Assembly: GCA_963830035.1 (NCBI GenBank)
Contig: CAWHKX010000004.1
Span: 412,860-476,859, forward strand
Direction of reading: 5' to 3'
DNA: 64,000 bases
Origin: an uncultured Actinomycetes bacterium
GTDB taxonomy: Bacteria > Actinomycetota > Thermoleophilia > Gaiellales > Gaiellaceae
The first letter of the stretch is position 1. Each line of letters opens with the position of its first letter. The notes below the pieces were generated by a model. That model was not told the origin of the DNA and ran no database searches. It was given only the letters and a program-made list of their open reading frames with translations. Both the position numbers and the translations under genes were made by a program. Shown here piece by piece: positions 54,345 to 63,252 of this stretch.

Positions 54345-55355
54345 TCACAAAGCGGTGAGCATGAGGTCGACCAGCAGCGCAGGGTCTCGAACGACGCGTT
54401 GCTGCGTCTGACCGCGCTTGCGTACCGGCAATGCGTCCGCCGAGGTGAGGACTCCGAGTCTGCCGTCATGGATGAGCATCTCGTCTACCGCACCCGGCCG
54501 ACCCGCAAACGTCGTGTACACCGGCACGCCCAGGGCGACTGCCTCACGGTTCATCGTCCCTCCTGCCGAGACGACCAGATCGGCGCACGCGACGAGGCTC
54601 TGAGCATCGATCGCGTGCTGAGGCACTACGAGCGACGGGAGATCCAGCTCCGCGATCGCCTTTCGTTGCGCGGTCGTGCGGGGAAGCACGACGGTTTGCA
54701 CGGAAGGATCCGAGCCGAGTCGATCTGCGAGCAAGGCGCCGAAGAGAGGATTGTCGTGTAGGTGGTACAGGGAGACGTCGGGCGGCGTGCGTGCGACGAC
54801 GAGAATTCTCTGCTCGTCCAAGCCGAGCTGCGTGAGGACCGAGCGGTCCGGCTCGAAGCCTGCGAGGTAGTACTCCTCCTTCAATCCCGGGTAGCGGCGC
54901 ACCTTGCGCTCGCGTGCGCCCAGGGAGTCGAGCCGATCCTGCGGTATCGCCTCCGGCACCACGACGCGATTCGCAGCACGACACCCGAGCCCGTGCTGCA
55001 CGCGGGCGAACTCGTAGTCGAAGACATATGCGGCTGGGATTCCGAGTGAGCGGGCGGCGAGCGGAAGCTCGTGCGACGCGTGCGAAAGGGCAATGTCGAA
55101 CCTTCGCGGCTTCGCGAAGCTCCGAAGGGCCGGAAGCCGCGAGGCCATCGCACGCGCCTTTCCCCAGGCACCTGCGCCGCCGTGGGGCGGCCCGACGACC
55201 TCATGTCGGATCCCGTGCAGCCGGAGGAGCTCGATCGTCTGCGCGTAGTCGCGGGTGGTCACGTCGACGTCGTGCCCGCGGCTCTCGAGAATCGCGATCA
55301 GAGGACGAAAGAACGGCACCTGGGGAGAGTTCGAGACGTCGATCCAGACGCGCAC
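54345..55355 (-). CDS. DUF354-family protein (GT-B / UDP-GlcNAc-2-epimerase-like fold)
   Basis: 336 aa intact. MRVWIDVSNSPQVPFFRPLI..., ..VSAGGTMNREAVALGVP. Confidence 0.75.
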   Translation of the reverse strand: MRVWIDVSNSPQVPFFRPLIAILESRGHDVDVTTRDYAQTIELLRLHGIRHEVVGPPHGGAGAWGKARAMASRLPALRSFAKPRRFDIALSHASHELPLAARSLGIPAAYVFDYEFARVQHGLGCRAANRVVVPEAIPQDRLDSLGARERKVRRYPGLKEEYYLAGFEPDRSVLTQLGLDEQRILVVARTPPDVSLYHLHDNPLFGALLADRLGSDPSVQTVVLPRTTAQRKAIAELDLPSLVVPQHAIDAQSLVACADLVVSAGGTMNREAVALGVPVYTTFAGRPGAVDEMLIHDGRLGVLTSADALPVRKRGQTQQRVVRDPALLVDLMLTAL

Positions 55356-55470
55356 GGACTGACCCTAGATGCTCGCCGGCCCTTCGAACGCAACGGTGTG
55401 GTCTACAACTGGCAGTCGCATTCGACTACTTGGTGTAGACAAGAGCTCATACCTCGTGCAGACTCGAGTG

Positions 55471-56592
55471 ATGCCGATGATCGAGGCGAATCCCTTTCGC
55501 ATCGCCGGTGAGCTGCTCCCCGAGGAGATGATCGATCGAGAGGACACGGCCCTGCGTCTGCTCGCACTGGCGGCAGGAGGTCACTCGTCGCGGCTGGTGG
55601 CGCCGCGACGCTACGGAAAGACGAGTCTGCTTCGCCGTGTGCTCTCGCACGCGTCGGGCGACGGATGGGCGACGGCTCTGGTCGACCTGGAGGGCGTTCT
55701 TTCGCTTTCGAGCGTCGTCGTCCGCATCGAGCGCGCGTACGACCGCGAGCTGAAGGGAACGCTGAGGCGGACCGTCGACTCCCTCTTCCGCGCCTGGCAG
55801 GTCGGGTTGTCGCTGGGTGCCGGCGGGTTCACGGCGACCCTGCAGTCGAATCCGCGGGTCGATGTCGAGAGCGTCCTTCTCCGTCTTCTCGACCTTCCCG
55901 CGAAGCTCCACGACCGAACCGGCGCTCGCAGCCTCGTCGCCTTCGACGAGTTCCAGGACCTGCTTCGCGTCGACGGCGCGGACGGAATCCTGCGGAGCGT
56001 GCTCCAGCACCAGACGTCGGTCGCGTCGTACGCGTTCTCCGGCTCCGCCCCCACGTTGATGGAGCGACTGTTCCAAGATCCCTCGCGTCCGTTGCTCGAG
56101 CACGCGGTCTCCGTCGAGCTCGGGCCGTTGCGGTTGGATCCGACGGCGATGTACCTGGAGGAGCGCTTCCGGCGAACCGAGCGCGACGTCGGCAACGCCC
56201 TCGACCCGTTGCTGGCCTTCACCCGAGGACACCCGCAACGGACGATGCTCGTCGCGCACCACCTCTGGGAGCTCGTGCCACGCCAGTCGATCGCCGACGA
56301 GGCAGCGTTCGTCGACGCGCGCGAGCGGGCGCTCGCCCATGCCGAGACCGCACTGCGCGCCCGTTGGGAGTCGCTGGCGGTCAACGAGCAGCGAGTCTCG
56401 CTCGCGCTCGCGACCAGAGCTCAGAATCTGTACGCGGAGGACACCCTGCGCGTTCTCGGCCTCAAGAAGGGCAGCGTCGACCGCGCGCTGGCCGGCCTCA
56501 TCGGGAAAGCCGAGGCGCACCGAACGCCGCATGGGCCGGAGCTCACGGATCCCCTGCTCGAGCACTGGCTCGCCGAACGCGGCCTCTACTGA
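55471..56592 (+). CDS. AAA-type ATPase (archaeal-ATPase/PF01637-like)
   Basis: 373 aa from MPMIEANPF... Walker A APRRYGKTSLL, Walker B LVAFDEFQ. Confidence 0.7.
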   Translation: MPMIEANPFRIAGELLPEEMIDREDTALRLLALAAGGHSSRLVAPRRYGKTSLLRRVLSHASGDGWATALVDLEGVLSLSSVVVRIERAYDRELKGTLRRTVDSLFRAWQVGLSLGAGGFTATLQSNPRVDVESVLLRLLDLPAKLHDRTGARSLVAFDEFQDLLRVDGADGILRSVLQHQTSVASYAFSGSAPTLMERLFQDPSRPLLEHAVSVELGPLRLDPTAMYLEERFRRTERDVGNALDPLLAFTRGHPQRTMLVAHHLWELVPRQSIADEAAFVDARERALAHAETALRARWESLAVNEQRVSLALATRAQNLYAEDTLRVLGLKKGSVDRALAGLIGKAEAHRTPHGPELTDPLLEHWLAERGLY

Positions 56593-56613
56593 GCTGCCGG
56601 ATAAGCTTTCCTT

Positions 56614-57507
56614 ATGGATACGCGACAGCTTGCGGCGTTCTGCACGGTCGTCGAGCGACGCAGCTTCTCTCAGGCGGCCGAGCGGCTCGGCGTCACGCAG
56701 CCGGCGGTCTCCCTGCAGATACGCGCGCTCGAGAAGCGGGTCGGTACGCAGCTCCTCGACCGCTCCGGGCGGCGTGTAGAGCCGACCGAGGCAGGCTGGC
56801 GTCTCTATCGCGGGGCGCAGCGCATGCTGGCGCTCGAAGACCAGCTGGTCTCGGAGCTCGCGGCGACGGCCGAGGGGGAGATCGCGGGCGACCTCGTGCT
56901 CGGCGCATCCACCGGACCCGCCGCGATCGTCGTCCCGGTGCTGCTCGGCGAGTTCCAGCGCGAGCATCCCGACGTGCGCGTGTTTCTCACGGTGTCCGAC
57001 ACCCACACCGTCATCGAGCGGGTCGCCGACCGCGAGCTCGAGCTCGGTATCGTCGGCGCGTCGCGGCGGCACCGGGGCGTTCGCTTCGAGCCGTTCTTCT
57101 CCGACCAGGTGATCCTCGCCTGCCCGCCGGGACACCGCTTCGCAGGACGCACCGTGACCCTCGACGAGCTGCGCGAGGAGACGCTGATCCTGATGCAGGA
57201 GGGCGCCGGCGTGCGGCAGATCGTCGAGGACGCGCTCCGGCGTCTCGGAGTTCGCCTACGTGACCTCGACGTCCGGCTCGAGCTCGGTCTTCAGGAGTCC
57301 GTGCGCCGTGCCGTCGAGGCGGGATTCGGCGTGACGTTCATCTCGCGCACGGCTGTCGAGTCAGAGCTGGCCGACGGCCGCCTCGCCGAAGCCAGGGTCG
57401 AGGGTCTCGAAGCGACCCGAGTGATCTCGCTTGCCTCGGCTGCCGGGAGGACGCGCACGCGGGTCGCAGAGGCGTTCGTCGAGTTTGCAGAGAAGCGCGT
57501 CTCGTGA
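56614..57507 (+). CDS. LysR-family transcriptional regulator
   Basis: 297 aa. MDTRQLAAFCTVVERRSFSQAAERLGVTQPAVSLQIRALE. Confidence 0.9.
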   Translation: MDTRQLAAFCTVVERRSFSQAAERLGVTQPAVSLQIRALEKRVGTQLLDRSGRRVEPTEAGWRLYRGAQRMLALEDQLVSELAATAEGEIAGDLVLGASTGPAAIVVPVLLGEFQREHPDVRVFLTVSDTHTVIERVADRELELGIVGASRRHRGVRFEPFFSDQVILACPPGHRFAGRTVTLDELREETLILMQEGAGVRQIVEDALRRLGVRLRDLDVRLELGLQESVRRAVEAGFGVTFISRTAVESELADGRLAEARVEGLEATRVISLASAAGRTRTRVAEAFVEFAEKRVS

Positions 57508-57555
57508 TCGTCTTCGAACTCGCAGGTTGACTCACGACGTCTTCGGACGGACGAT

Positions 57556-57978
57556 GTGGTGATGCTGGTCGAGTACGCGAGCTTGGTCGCTGCGATGGCG
57601 GTGCTGACCGCCTCGCTGACCGGTGCCTTCGGCCAGAAGCTGTCGGTGCTTCCGACCTCGAGCGGAGCTGCCATCTCCGGCTTGAATGCCGCAGCCGGCG
57701 CACAGAAAGTGCCTGCAGGAGGCGCGCGGACGGCTTACAAGAAGGCCCCGTACTCCAAGCCGGTGTTGAAGTACCTCTACGCCGTGGGCTGGATCGGAGG
57801 CAAGAAGAGCCCGCTCTCCTGCCTGTTCGCACGAACCCAGCCGAAGGAGACGGAGCAGGAGGCGCTGGGGGAGATCAAGAAGAACCCGAAGCTCGTGAAG
57901 CAGCTCGGTCGTGTCCACGTCGGCCAGAAGCTCGCGGCCTCGGTCGTGGTGAAGGGGATCGCCTCGGCGTGTAGCTGA
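57556..57978 (+). CDS. Hypothetical Lys-rich protein with an Flp-pilin-like hydrophobic N-terminus (..LVEYASLVAAMAVL..)
   Basis: 140-aa ORF. Lys-rich composition is unusual for this DNA. No G/xxxxEY cleavage site is visible, so a pilin call is not supported. Confidence 0.45.
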   Translation: MVMLVEYASLVAAMAVLTASLTGAFGQKLSVLPTSSGAAISGLNAAAGAQKVPAGGARTAYKKAPYSKPVLKYLYAVGWIGGKKSPLSCLFARTQPKETEQEALGEIKKNPKLVKQLGRVHVGQKLAASVVVKGIASACS

Positions 57979-58012
57979 GCAGCTCAGCCCCAAGTTACAA
58001 CTTGTAACTTGG
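57974..58012. repeat. Two back-to-back palindromes between convergent genes: GCTGAGC-A-GCTCAGC and the 23-bp CCAAGTTACAA-C-TTGTAACTTGG
   Basis: Both are perfect. The second (57990-58012) shares 9/11 arm positions with 45196-45218. Possible bidirectional terminator. Confidence 0.65.
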
Positions 58013-58016
58013 TGGA

Positions 58017-58406
58017 TTACGCGGCTTCGGGCGCAGGCTGCCGCCGGCCGCCCATCACCCGGCGCAGGCTGACGACACCGAGCACGTTCGAGCCCTCGAC
58101 CACGGGCAGGTGGCGGAAGCCGTTGTCGAGCATCACCTGGGCGGCGTCGTCGAGCGTCATGTCGGCCGTCGCCGTCATCGGATCCGGGGTCATCCATCCG
58201 CGCACGCGGGCGTCGCTCGTGTGCACGCGAGCGGCCATCGCCCGGAGCATGTCGCGCTCGGTGAGGATGCCGATCAGCCGGCCGAAGTCCTTGACGACGA
58301 CCGCGCCGGTGTTCTGACTGGTCATGCGCTCGGCCACCTCGCCGAGCGTGTCTTCAGGAGCGACGGTGATGAAGTTCGACCTGAGGATGTCGGCCAGCGT
58401 GCCCAT
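58017..58406 (-). CDS. CBS-domain pair protein
   Basis: 129 aa intact. ..FITVAPEDTLGEVAERM...GAVVV......GILTERD.. twice. Confidence 0.85.
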   Translation of the reverse strand: MGTLADILRSNFITVAPEDTLGEVAERMTSQNTGAVVVKDFGRLIGILTERDMLRAMAARVHTSDARVRGWMTPDPMTATADMTLDDAAQVMLDNGFRHLPVVEGSNVLGVVSLRRVMGGRRQPAPEAA

Positions 58407-58456
58407 GGATCGGGCGAGTGTACAGCCCTTGCGCGGCAGCGACCTTCGAATAACAC

Positions 58457-59707
58457 TTGGTAATGACAGGAATAAGGAAATCGGCTAGGATCCAGCTTGT
58501 GCGAAGCCGCGATCCCTTCGACGTGCTCGTGATCGGCAGCGGTGCCTCCGGTCTTGCGGCGGCCGTCTCGGCCGAGCGAGCGGGAGCGTGCGTGGCGCTC
58601 GCAACCAAGACCACGCTGCAAGCGTGCAACTCCGCGAAGGCGCAGGGCGGGATCCAGGCTGCGTTCGGCGCCGACGACTCGCCCGAGATCCACGCCGAGG
58701 ACGTCATGCGAAGCTCGCACCAGACAGCCGATCCGAGACTCGTCGAAGTCTTGACGAGCGAGGCTCCGTCCGCGATTCACTGGCTGGAGGAGGTTGGAGT
58801 CGAGTTCACTCGGTCGAACGGCGGATATCGGCTCGCGCGCTGTGGCGGCGCCACACGACACCGTCTGCTGCAGGTCGGCGATCGCACGGGGCACGCGATC
58901 ACGAAGGCTTTGCGTGAGGCATACGAGTCCAGCGGCGGAACCGAGCTCCCCCAGCACGCGCTCATGAGCCTTCGAGAGCGAGAGAACGGCTGGACGGCAA
59001 CGTTCGAGACGAAGGACGACACGACGGTCGACATCGATGCGGCATCGATCGTCCTCGCCGCGGGCGGGCGCTGTTACCTCGAGGCCGAGACGCGGGGCGA
59101 GCTTTCGACGAACCATCCGAACGCGACGGGCGAGGTGACCCGGATCGCGCTCGAGGCGGGCGCAGAGGCGCGAGATCTCGACGCGCTCCAGTATCACCCG
59201 AACGGCGGCGCGTGGCCGAGCACGATGCAGGGGTACTCCATCCCCGAGACGACCCGCGCCTACGGCGCCGTGCTCCTGAACGCCGATGGCGAGGAGTTCA
59301 CGGACTCGCTCGGTGCACGCGATACCGTCTCGCAGGCGATCGTCGACGAGGTCGACAAGGGGAAGGGCGTCTTGACCCCGGACGGCCGCCCCGCCGTCTG
59401 GCTCGACACGACGCGTATTTCCGAGGAAGACGCCGAGATCTCGCTGCCGTACATGCTCCGCCGCTATCGCGGAGCCGGCATCGACCCGCTCGAGGAGAAG
59501 ATCTACACCTACCCCGTTCTCCACTACCAGAACGGCGGGCTCGTGATCGACGAGCACGGCGAGACGACGCTCCAGGGCGTCTTCGCCTGCGGCGAGATCG
59601 CGGGCGGGACGCACGGGAGGAACCGCATGATGGGAAATTCGCTCCTCGAGTGCACCGTCTTCGGGCGGCGCGCGGGGAAAGCCGCGGCCGAGCGGGCGCA
59701 AGCATGA
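58457..59707 (+). CDS. FAD flavoprotein of the fumarate reductase / succinate dehydrogenase / L-aspartate oxidase class, short form (no C-terminal helical domain)
   Basis: 416 aa. DVLVIGSGASGLAAA, AQGGI, DRTGHAI, LQYHPNG, GEIAGGTHGRNRMMGNSLLEC. The start is uncertain (TTG 58457, ATG 58463 or GTG 58499). Confidence 0.85.
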   Translation: MVMTGIRKSARIQLVRSRDPFDVLVIGSGASGLAAAVSAERAGACVALATKTTLQACNSAKAQGGIQAAFGADDSPEIHAEDVMRSSHQTADPRLVEVLTSEAPSAIHWLEEVGVEFTRSNGGYRLARCGGATRHRLLQVGDRTGHAITKALREAYESSGGTELPQHALMSLRERENGWTATFETKDDTTVDIDAASIVLAAGGRCYLEAETRGELSTNHPNATGEVTRIALEAGAEARDLDALQYHPNGGAWPSTMQGYSIPETTRAYGAVLLNADGEEFTDSLGARDTVSQAIVDEVDKGKGVLTPDGRPAVWLDTTRISEEDAEISLPYMLRRYRGAGIDPLEEKIYTYPVLHYQNGGLVIDEHGETTLQGVFACGEIAGGTHGRNRMMGNSLLECTVFGRRAGKAAAERAQA

Positions 59708-60603
59708 GCACGGTGACGACGACGGATCTGGACAGCGCAGTACGGGACGCGGCCGCGCACCTCTACGTCTGGGCACTCAAGGACATCCCGCAGGATCTGC
59801 GAGACGCTCTCGCCGCAGCGGCCAAGACGGAGACGTCGGTCCCCGGCCAGCGCGTCCTGCAGACCATCCTCCGCAACGTCAACGTCGCGGAGGAGGAGAA
59901 AAACCTCGTCTGCCAGGACACGGGTATCGCCGTCTACTACTGCCGCGTCGGGGAGCACTTTCCGTTACATCCCGCTCGGATCTACGCAGCGCTGAAGGAG
60001 GGCACGGAGCGCGCGACGATCGAGCATCCGCTCCGCTCCAACACCGTCCACACGCTCACGCGCGAGAACACCGGACAGAACGTCGGCTACCGCGTCCCGA
60101 TCGTGCACTGGGACTTCGTCCCGGACTGGGACGGCCTGGACGTGAAGTGCGTGCCAAAGGGGTCGGGCTCCGAGAACATGAGCTTCTTGAAGATGTGCGT
60201 CCCCGCGGACGGCGTTCGCGGGATCAAGGAGTTCGTCCTCGACTCGATCGTCGGCGCAGGCGGAAAGCCGTGTCCTCCCGGGATCGTCGGGGTCGGGATC
60301 GGCGGCTCGGCCGACTACGCGATGCACCTGGCGAAGGAAGCGATCGCGCGACCGGTCGGCACCCGCAACGAGGATCCTCTCGTCGCCGAGCTCGAGGACG
60401 ACCTGTACGGGCTTCTGAACGAGACCGGGATCGGCCCGATGGGCCTCGGTGGAGACGTGACCGTGCTCTCGGTGCACGTCGAGCACGCGGACACGCACAT
60501 GACGCTCAACCCTGTGGCCGTCAACTACCAGTGCTGGGCCGCACGCCGCGCCTCGGCGCACGTCGCCGCCGACGGTTCCATCGAGTACGAGCGAGACGCG
60601 TGA
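59704..60603 (+). CDS. Fe-S type hydro-lyase alpha subunit (class I fumarate hydratase / L-tartrate dehydratase family)
   Basis: 299 aa from MSTVTTTDL.. (ATGA overlap). CQDTGIAVYY, KGSGSENMS, GKPCPPGIVGVGIGGS. Confidence 0.85.
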   Translation: MSTVTTTDLDSAVRDAAAHLYVWALKDIPQDLRDALAAAAKTETSVPGQRVLQTILRNVNVAEEEKNLVCQDTGIAVYYCRVGEHFPLHPARIYAALKEGTERATIEHPLRSNTVHTLTRENTGQNVGYRVPIVHWDFVPDWDGLDVKCVPKGSGSENMSFLKMCVPADGVRGIKEFVLDSIVGAGGKPCPPGIVGVGIGGSADYAMHLAKEAIARPVGTRNEDPLVAELEDDLYGLLNETGIGPMGLGGDVTVLSVHVEHADTHMTLNPVAVNYQCWAARRASAHVAADGSIEYERDA

Positions 60604-61190
60604 TGGCGACGCACGAGGTCACGTTCCCCGTCACCGATCCCGCCGAGATCCTGAAGCTCCGCGCCGGGGACGAGGTCGTCGTCCAGGGCCACATCATCGG
60701 GATTCGCGACCGGACCCAGGTTCGGATCTTCGACCAGGGCGTGGAGCCGCCGATGGACCTTGCAGGCGCCTTCCTCCTCCACACTGCCCCGGGCGTGCGC
60801 AAGCTCGGCCCGGGTCGCTACGAGAAGATCTGCATCGGGACGACGACGAGCGCACGCATGGTGCGCTTCACCGAGCCGCTCGGCGAGCAGTACGGCGTGC
60901 GCGCGATCTGCGGCAAGGGCGGATTCCCGGACGACGCGATCGAGCCGATGCGACGCCTGGGGATGGTCTACTTCGCGATCGTCGGTGGCGCTGCGGCGCT
61001 CGAGACCACGCAGATCGAGGAGATCGAGGAGGTCGCCTGGGAAGAGCTCATGCCCGAGTGCCTCTGGAAGTTCCGGGTCAAGGACTTCGGCCCGCTCACC
61101 GTCGGCATCGACGCCCACGGGGGCTCCCTCTACCGCGACGTGCAGGAGCGCGCCCGCAAGAAGCTGGAGGAGATCTATGCACGACTATGA
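60603..61190 (+). CDS. Fe-S type hydro-lyase beta subunit
   Basis: 195 aa from MATHEVTFP.. (TGATG overlap). ..GIRDRTQ..,..ICGKGG..,..VYFAIVGGAAAL.. Confidence 0.85.
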   Translation: MATHEVTFPVTDPAEILKLRAGDEVVVQGHIIGIRDRTQVRIFDQGVEPPMDLAGAFLLHTAPGVRKLGPGRYEKICIGTTTSARMVRFTEPLGEQYGVRAICGKGGFPDDAIEPMRRLGMVYFAIVGGAAALETTQIEEIEEVAWEELMPECLWKFRVKDFGPLTVGIDAHGGSLYRDVQERARKKLEEIYARL

Positions 61191-61980
61191 CGGCAACTCG
61201 TTCCTCGAGATCCCCGCGCGCGAAGGCAAGCCACGCGAGCGCGGACTGACGCACGTGATGGACAAAGGGCTGAACCTGCGCGAGATCGAGGGGCTCTTCG
61301 ACACCGCGGGCGAGTACGTCGACATCGTCAAGCTCGGCTGGGGCACGAGCTACGTGACCAACAACCTGGAGAAGAAGGTCGCCCTCTATCGCTCCTTCTC
61401 CACTCCCGTCGTCTGCGGCGGAACGCTGTTCGAGGCCGTCTACGGCAAGGACAAGATGGACGACTTCAAGCGCTGGCTCGAGCACTACCGCTTCTCGCAC
61501 GTCGAGATCTCGGACGGGACGCTCGACATCCCGCGCGACCAGAAGCTCGAGCTCATCGCCGACTTCGCGCGCGACTTCGTCGTGCTCTCCGAGGTCGGGT
61601 CGAAGGACTCCGACGTCAATATCGCGCCGTACCTATGGGTGCAGTGGATGCGCGAGGAGCTCGATGCAGGTGCGTGGAAGGTGATCGCCGAGGGTCGCGA
61701 GGCGGGCACCGCGGGCATCTACCGCCCGACCGGTGAGCTCCGGACGGGCCTCGTGGACGAGATCGAGCACTCGATCAGCTTCCACGACCTGATCTGGGAG
61801 ACGCCGACGAAGACTTCACAAGCCTGGTTCGTGCGGCACTTCGGTCCCGAGGTCAACCTCGGGAACATCCCGCCCGACGAGGTCATCGCGCTCGAGACGC
61901 TTCGCCTCGGGCTCCGCGCCGACACGTTGAAGGAGGTGCTTCTTGGCCGTCAGAGTGTCGAGCCCGCCCCGGCTCCCTGA
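61177..61980 (+). CDS. comA: (2R)-phospho-3-sulfolactate synthase (ComA family)
   Basis: 267 aa. ..REGKPRERGLTHVMDKGL..YVDIVKLGWGTSY..F..VEISDGT..VLSEVG.K are ComA-family hallmarks as I recall them. 14-nt overlap with the upstream gene. Confidence 0.8.
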   Translation: MHDYDGNSFLEIPAREGKPRERGLTHVMDKGLNLREIEGLFDTAGEYVDIVKLGWGTSYVTNNLEKKVALYRSFSTPVVCGGTLFEAVYGKDKMDDFKRWLEHYRFSHVEISDGTLDIPRDQKLELIADFARDFVVLSEVGSKDSDVNIAPYLWVQWMREELDAGAWKVIAEGREAGTAGIYRPTGELRTGLVDEIEHSISFHDLIWETPTKTSQAWFVRHFGPEVNLGNIPPDEVIALETLRLGLRADTLKEVLLGRQSVEPAPAP

Positions 61981-62656
61981 CCTCGACTTCGAGGCCATGG
62001 CCGCCGAGGAGGTCATTGCCTGGACGCACCAGTTCTTCTGGCCGCGGGTCTGCCTTACCTGCTCCTGGCAGAAGCAGTCCTCCGTGCTCGTCCACATGGT
62101 CGCGGAGCTCGGCCTGCGCATGGACACGGTCGAGCTCGACACGCACCTCTTCTTCCGCGAGTCCTACGAGACCCGCGACCAGCTGGTCGAGCGCTACCAG
62201 CTGAAGCTGATCCAGCCCGAGATCCCGACGATCGCCGAGCAGCACCGCGCCGACGGCCCGAACCTGTGGGAGCGAGATCCCGACCGCTGCTGCCACATCC
62301 GGAAGGTCGAGCCGCTCGTGAACGCGCTCGCGCCCTACGACGCGTGGATCTCGGGGATCCGGCGCGACCAGTCGCCGAGCCGCGCGGACACCCCGAAGGT
62401 GCAGTGGTCCGAGCGCTACCAGGTCTTCAAGATCCATCCGCTCGCCGACTGGGACGAGCAGCGGATCTGGTCCTATGTCAACGAGAACGACATCCCCTAC
62501 AACCCCTTGCACGATGCGGGGTACCGTTCGATCGGCTGCATTCCCTGCACGCGGCCGACGCGCCCGGACGAGGAGGAGCGCGCAGGCCGCTGGGCCGGCT
62601 CCGACAAGCTGGAGTGCGGCATTCACGAAAACGCGAGATTGGAGAGAACTGCATGA
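61943..62656 (+). CDS. cysH: Adenylylsulfate/phosphoadenylylsulfate reductase, Fe-S cluster type
   Basis: CCHIRKVEPL and SIGCIPCT cluster cysteines, C-terminal catalytic ECGIH. Start TTG 61943 (overlaps comA) or ATG 61997. Confidence 0.85.
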   Translation: MAVRVSSPPRLPDLDFEAMAAEEVIAWTHQFFWPRVCLTCSWQKQSSVLVHMVAELGLRMDTVELDTHLFFRESYETRDQLVERYQLKLIQPEIPTIAEQHRADGPNLWERDPDRCCHIRKVEPLVNALAPYDAWISGIRRDQSPSRADTPKVQWSERYQVFKIHPLADWDEQRIWSYVNENDIPYNPLHDAGYRSIGCIPCTRPTRPDEEERAGRWAGSDKLECGIHENARLERTA

Positions 62657-63252
62657 GTCAGCACATCTATGCGCACGAGCATCCCGAGTCGGAGACCGAC
62701 CGGGGAGGAGGGTTCACCCTCTGGTTCACGGGTCTTTCGGGTTCGGGGAAGACGACCATCGCTCACCACGTCGGCCCGGAGATGGACCGCCGCGGGCTGG
62801 TCGTCGAGTACCTCGACGGAGACACGGTGCGGACGCACCTCTCGAAGGGCCTGGGCTTCTCGAAGGAGGATCGCGACGCGCACGTCGAGCGCCTCGGCTG
62901 GGTCGCCTCGCGCATCACGCGCCACGGCGGCGCGGTGATCGTCGCAGCGATCTCCCCCTACGAGCAGGCGCGGATCAATGCCCGCGCACTGGTCGAGGAG
63001 CATGGCCCGTTCGTCGAGATCCACGTGCAGACCTCGCTCGACGAGTGCGCCCGCCGCGACGTGAACGGCCTCTATGCGAAGGCGTTCGCCGGTGAGATCA
63101 AGGGCTTCACCGGGGTCGATGACCCGTACGAGGCGCCGGCGTCTCCGGAGATCGTGGTCGACACGGAGGGAATCGATCCGGAGGAGTCCGCTGCCATCGT
63201 CATCGCGAAGCTGGAAGAGCTGGGGCTCGTGCCGGCCAAGGTGACGGCGTGA
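62653..63252 (+). CDS. cysC: Adenylylsulfate (APS) kinase
   Basis: 199 aa from MSQHIYA.. (ATGA overlap). FTGLSGSGKTT, LDGD..R, ISPY. Confidence 0.9.
   Translation: MSQHIYAHEHPESETDRGGGFTLWFTGLSGSGKTTIAHHVGPEMDRRGLVVEYLDGDTVRTHLSKGLGFSKEDRDAHVERLGWVASRITRHGGAVIVAAISPYEQARINARALVEEHGPFVEIHVQTSLDECARRDVNGLYAKAFAGEIKGFTGVDDPYEAPASPEIVVDTEGIDPEESAAIVIAKLEELGLVPAKVTA

Noticed and set aside
55447-59776. Minus-strand ORFs 55447..57135 and 58322..59776, and + ORF 55665..57263
   Set aside because: They are shadows or off-frame readings of the ATPase, LysR and flavoprotein genes, with Arg/Pro-rich composition.
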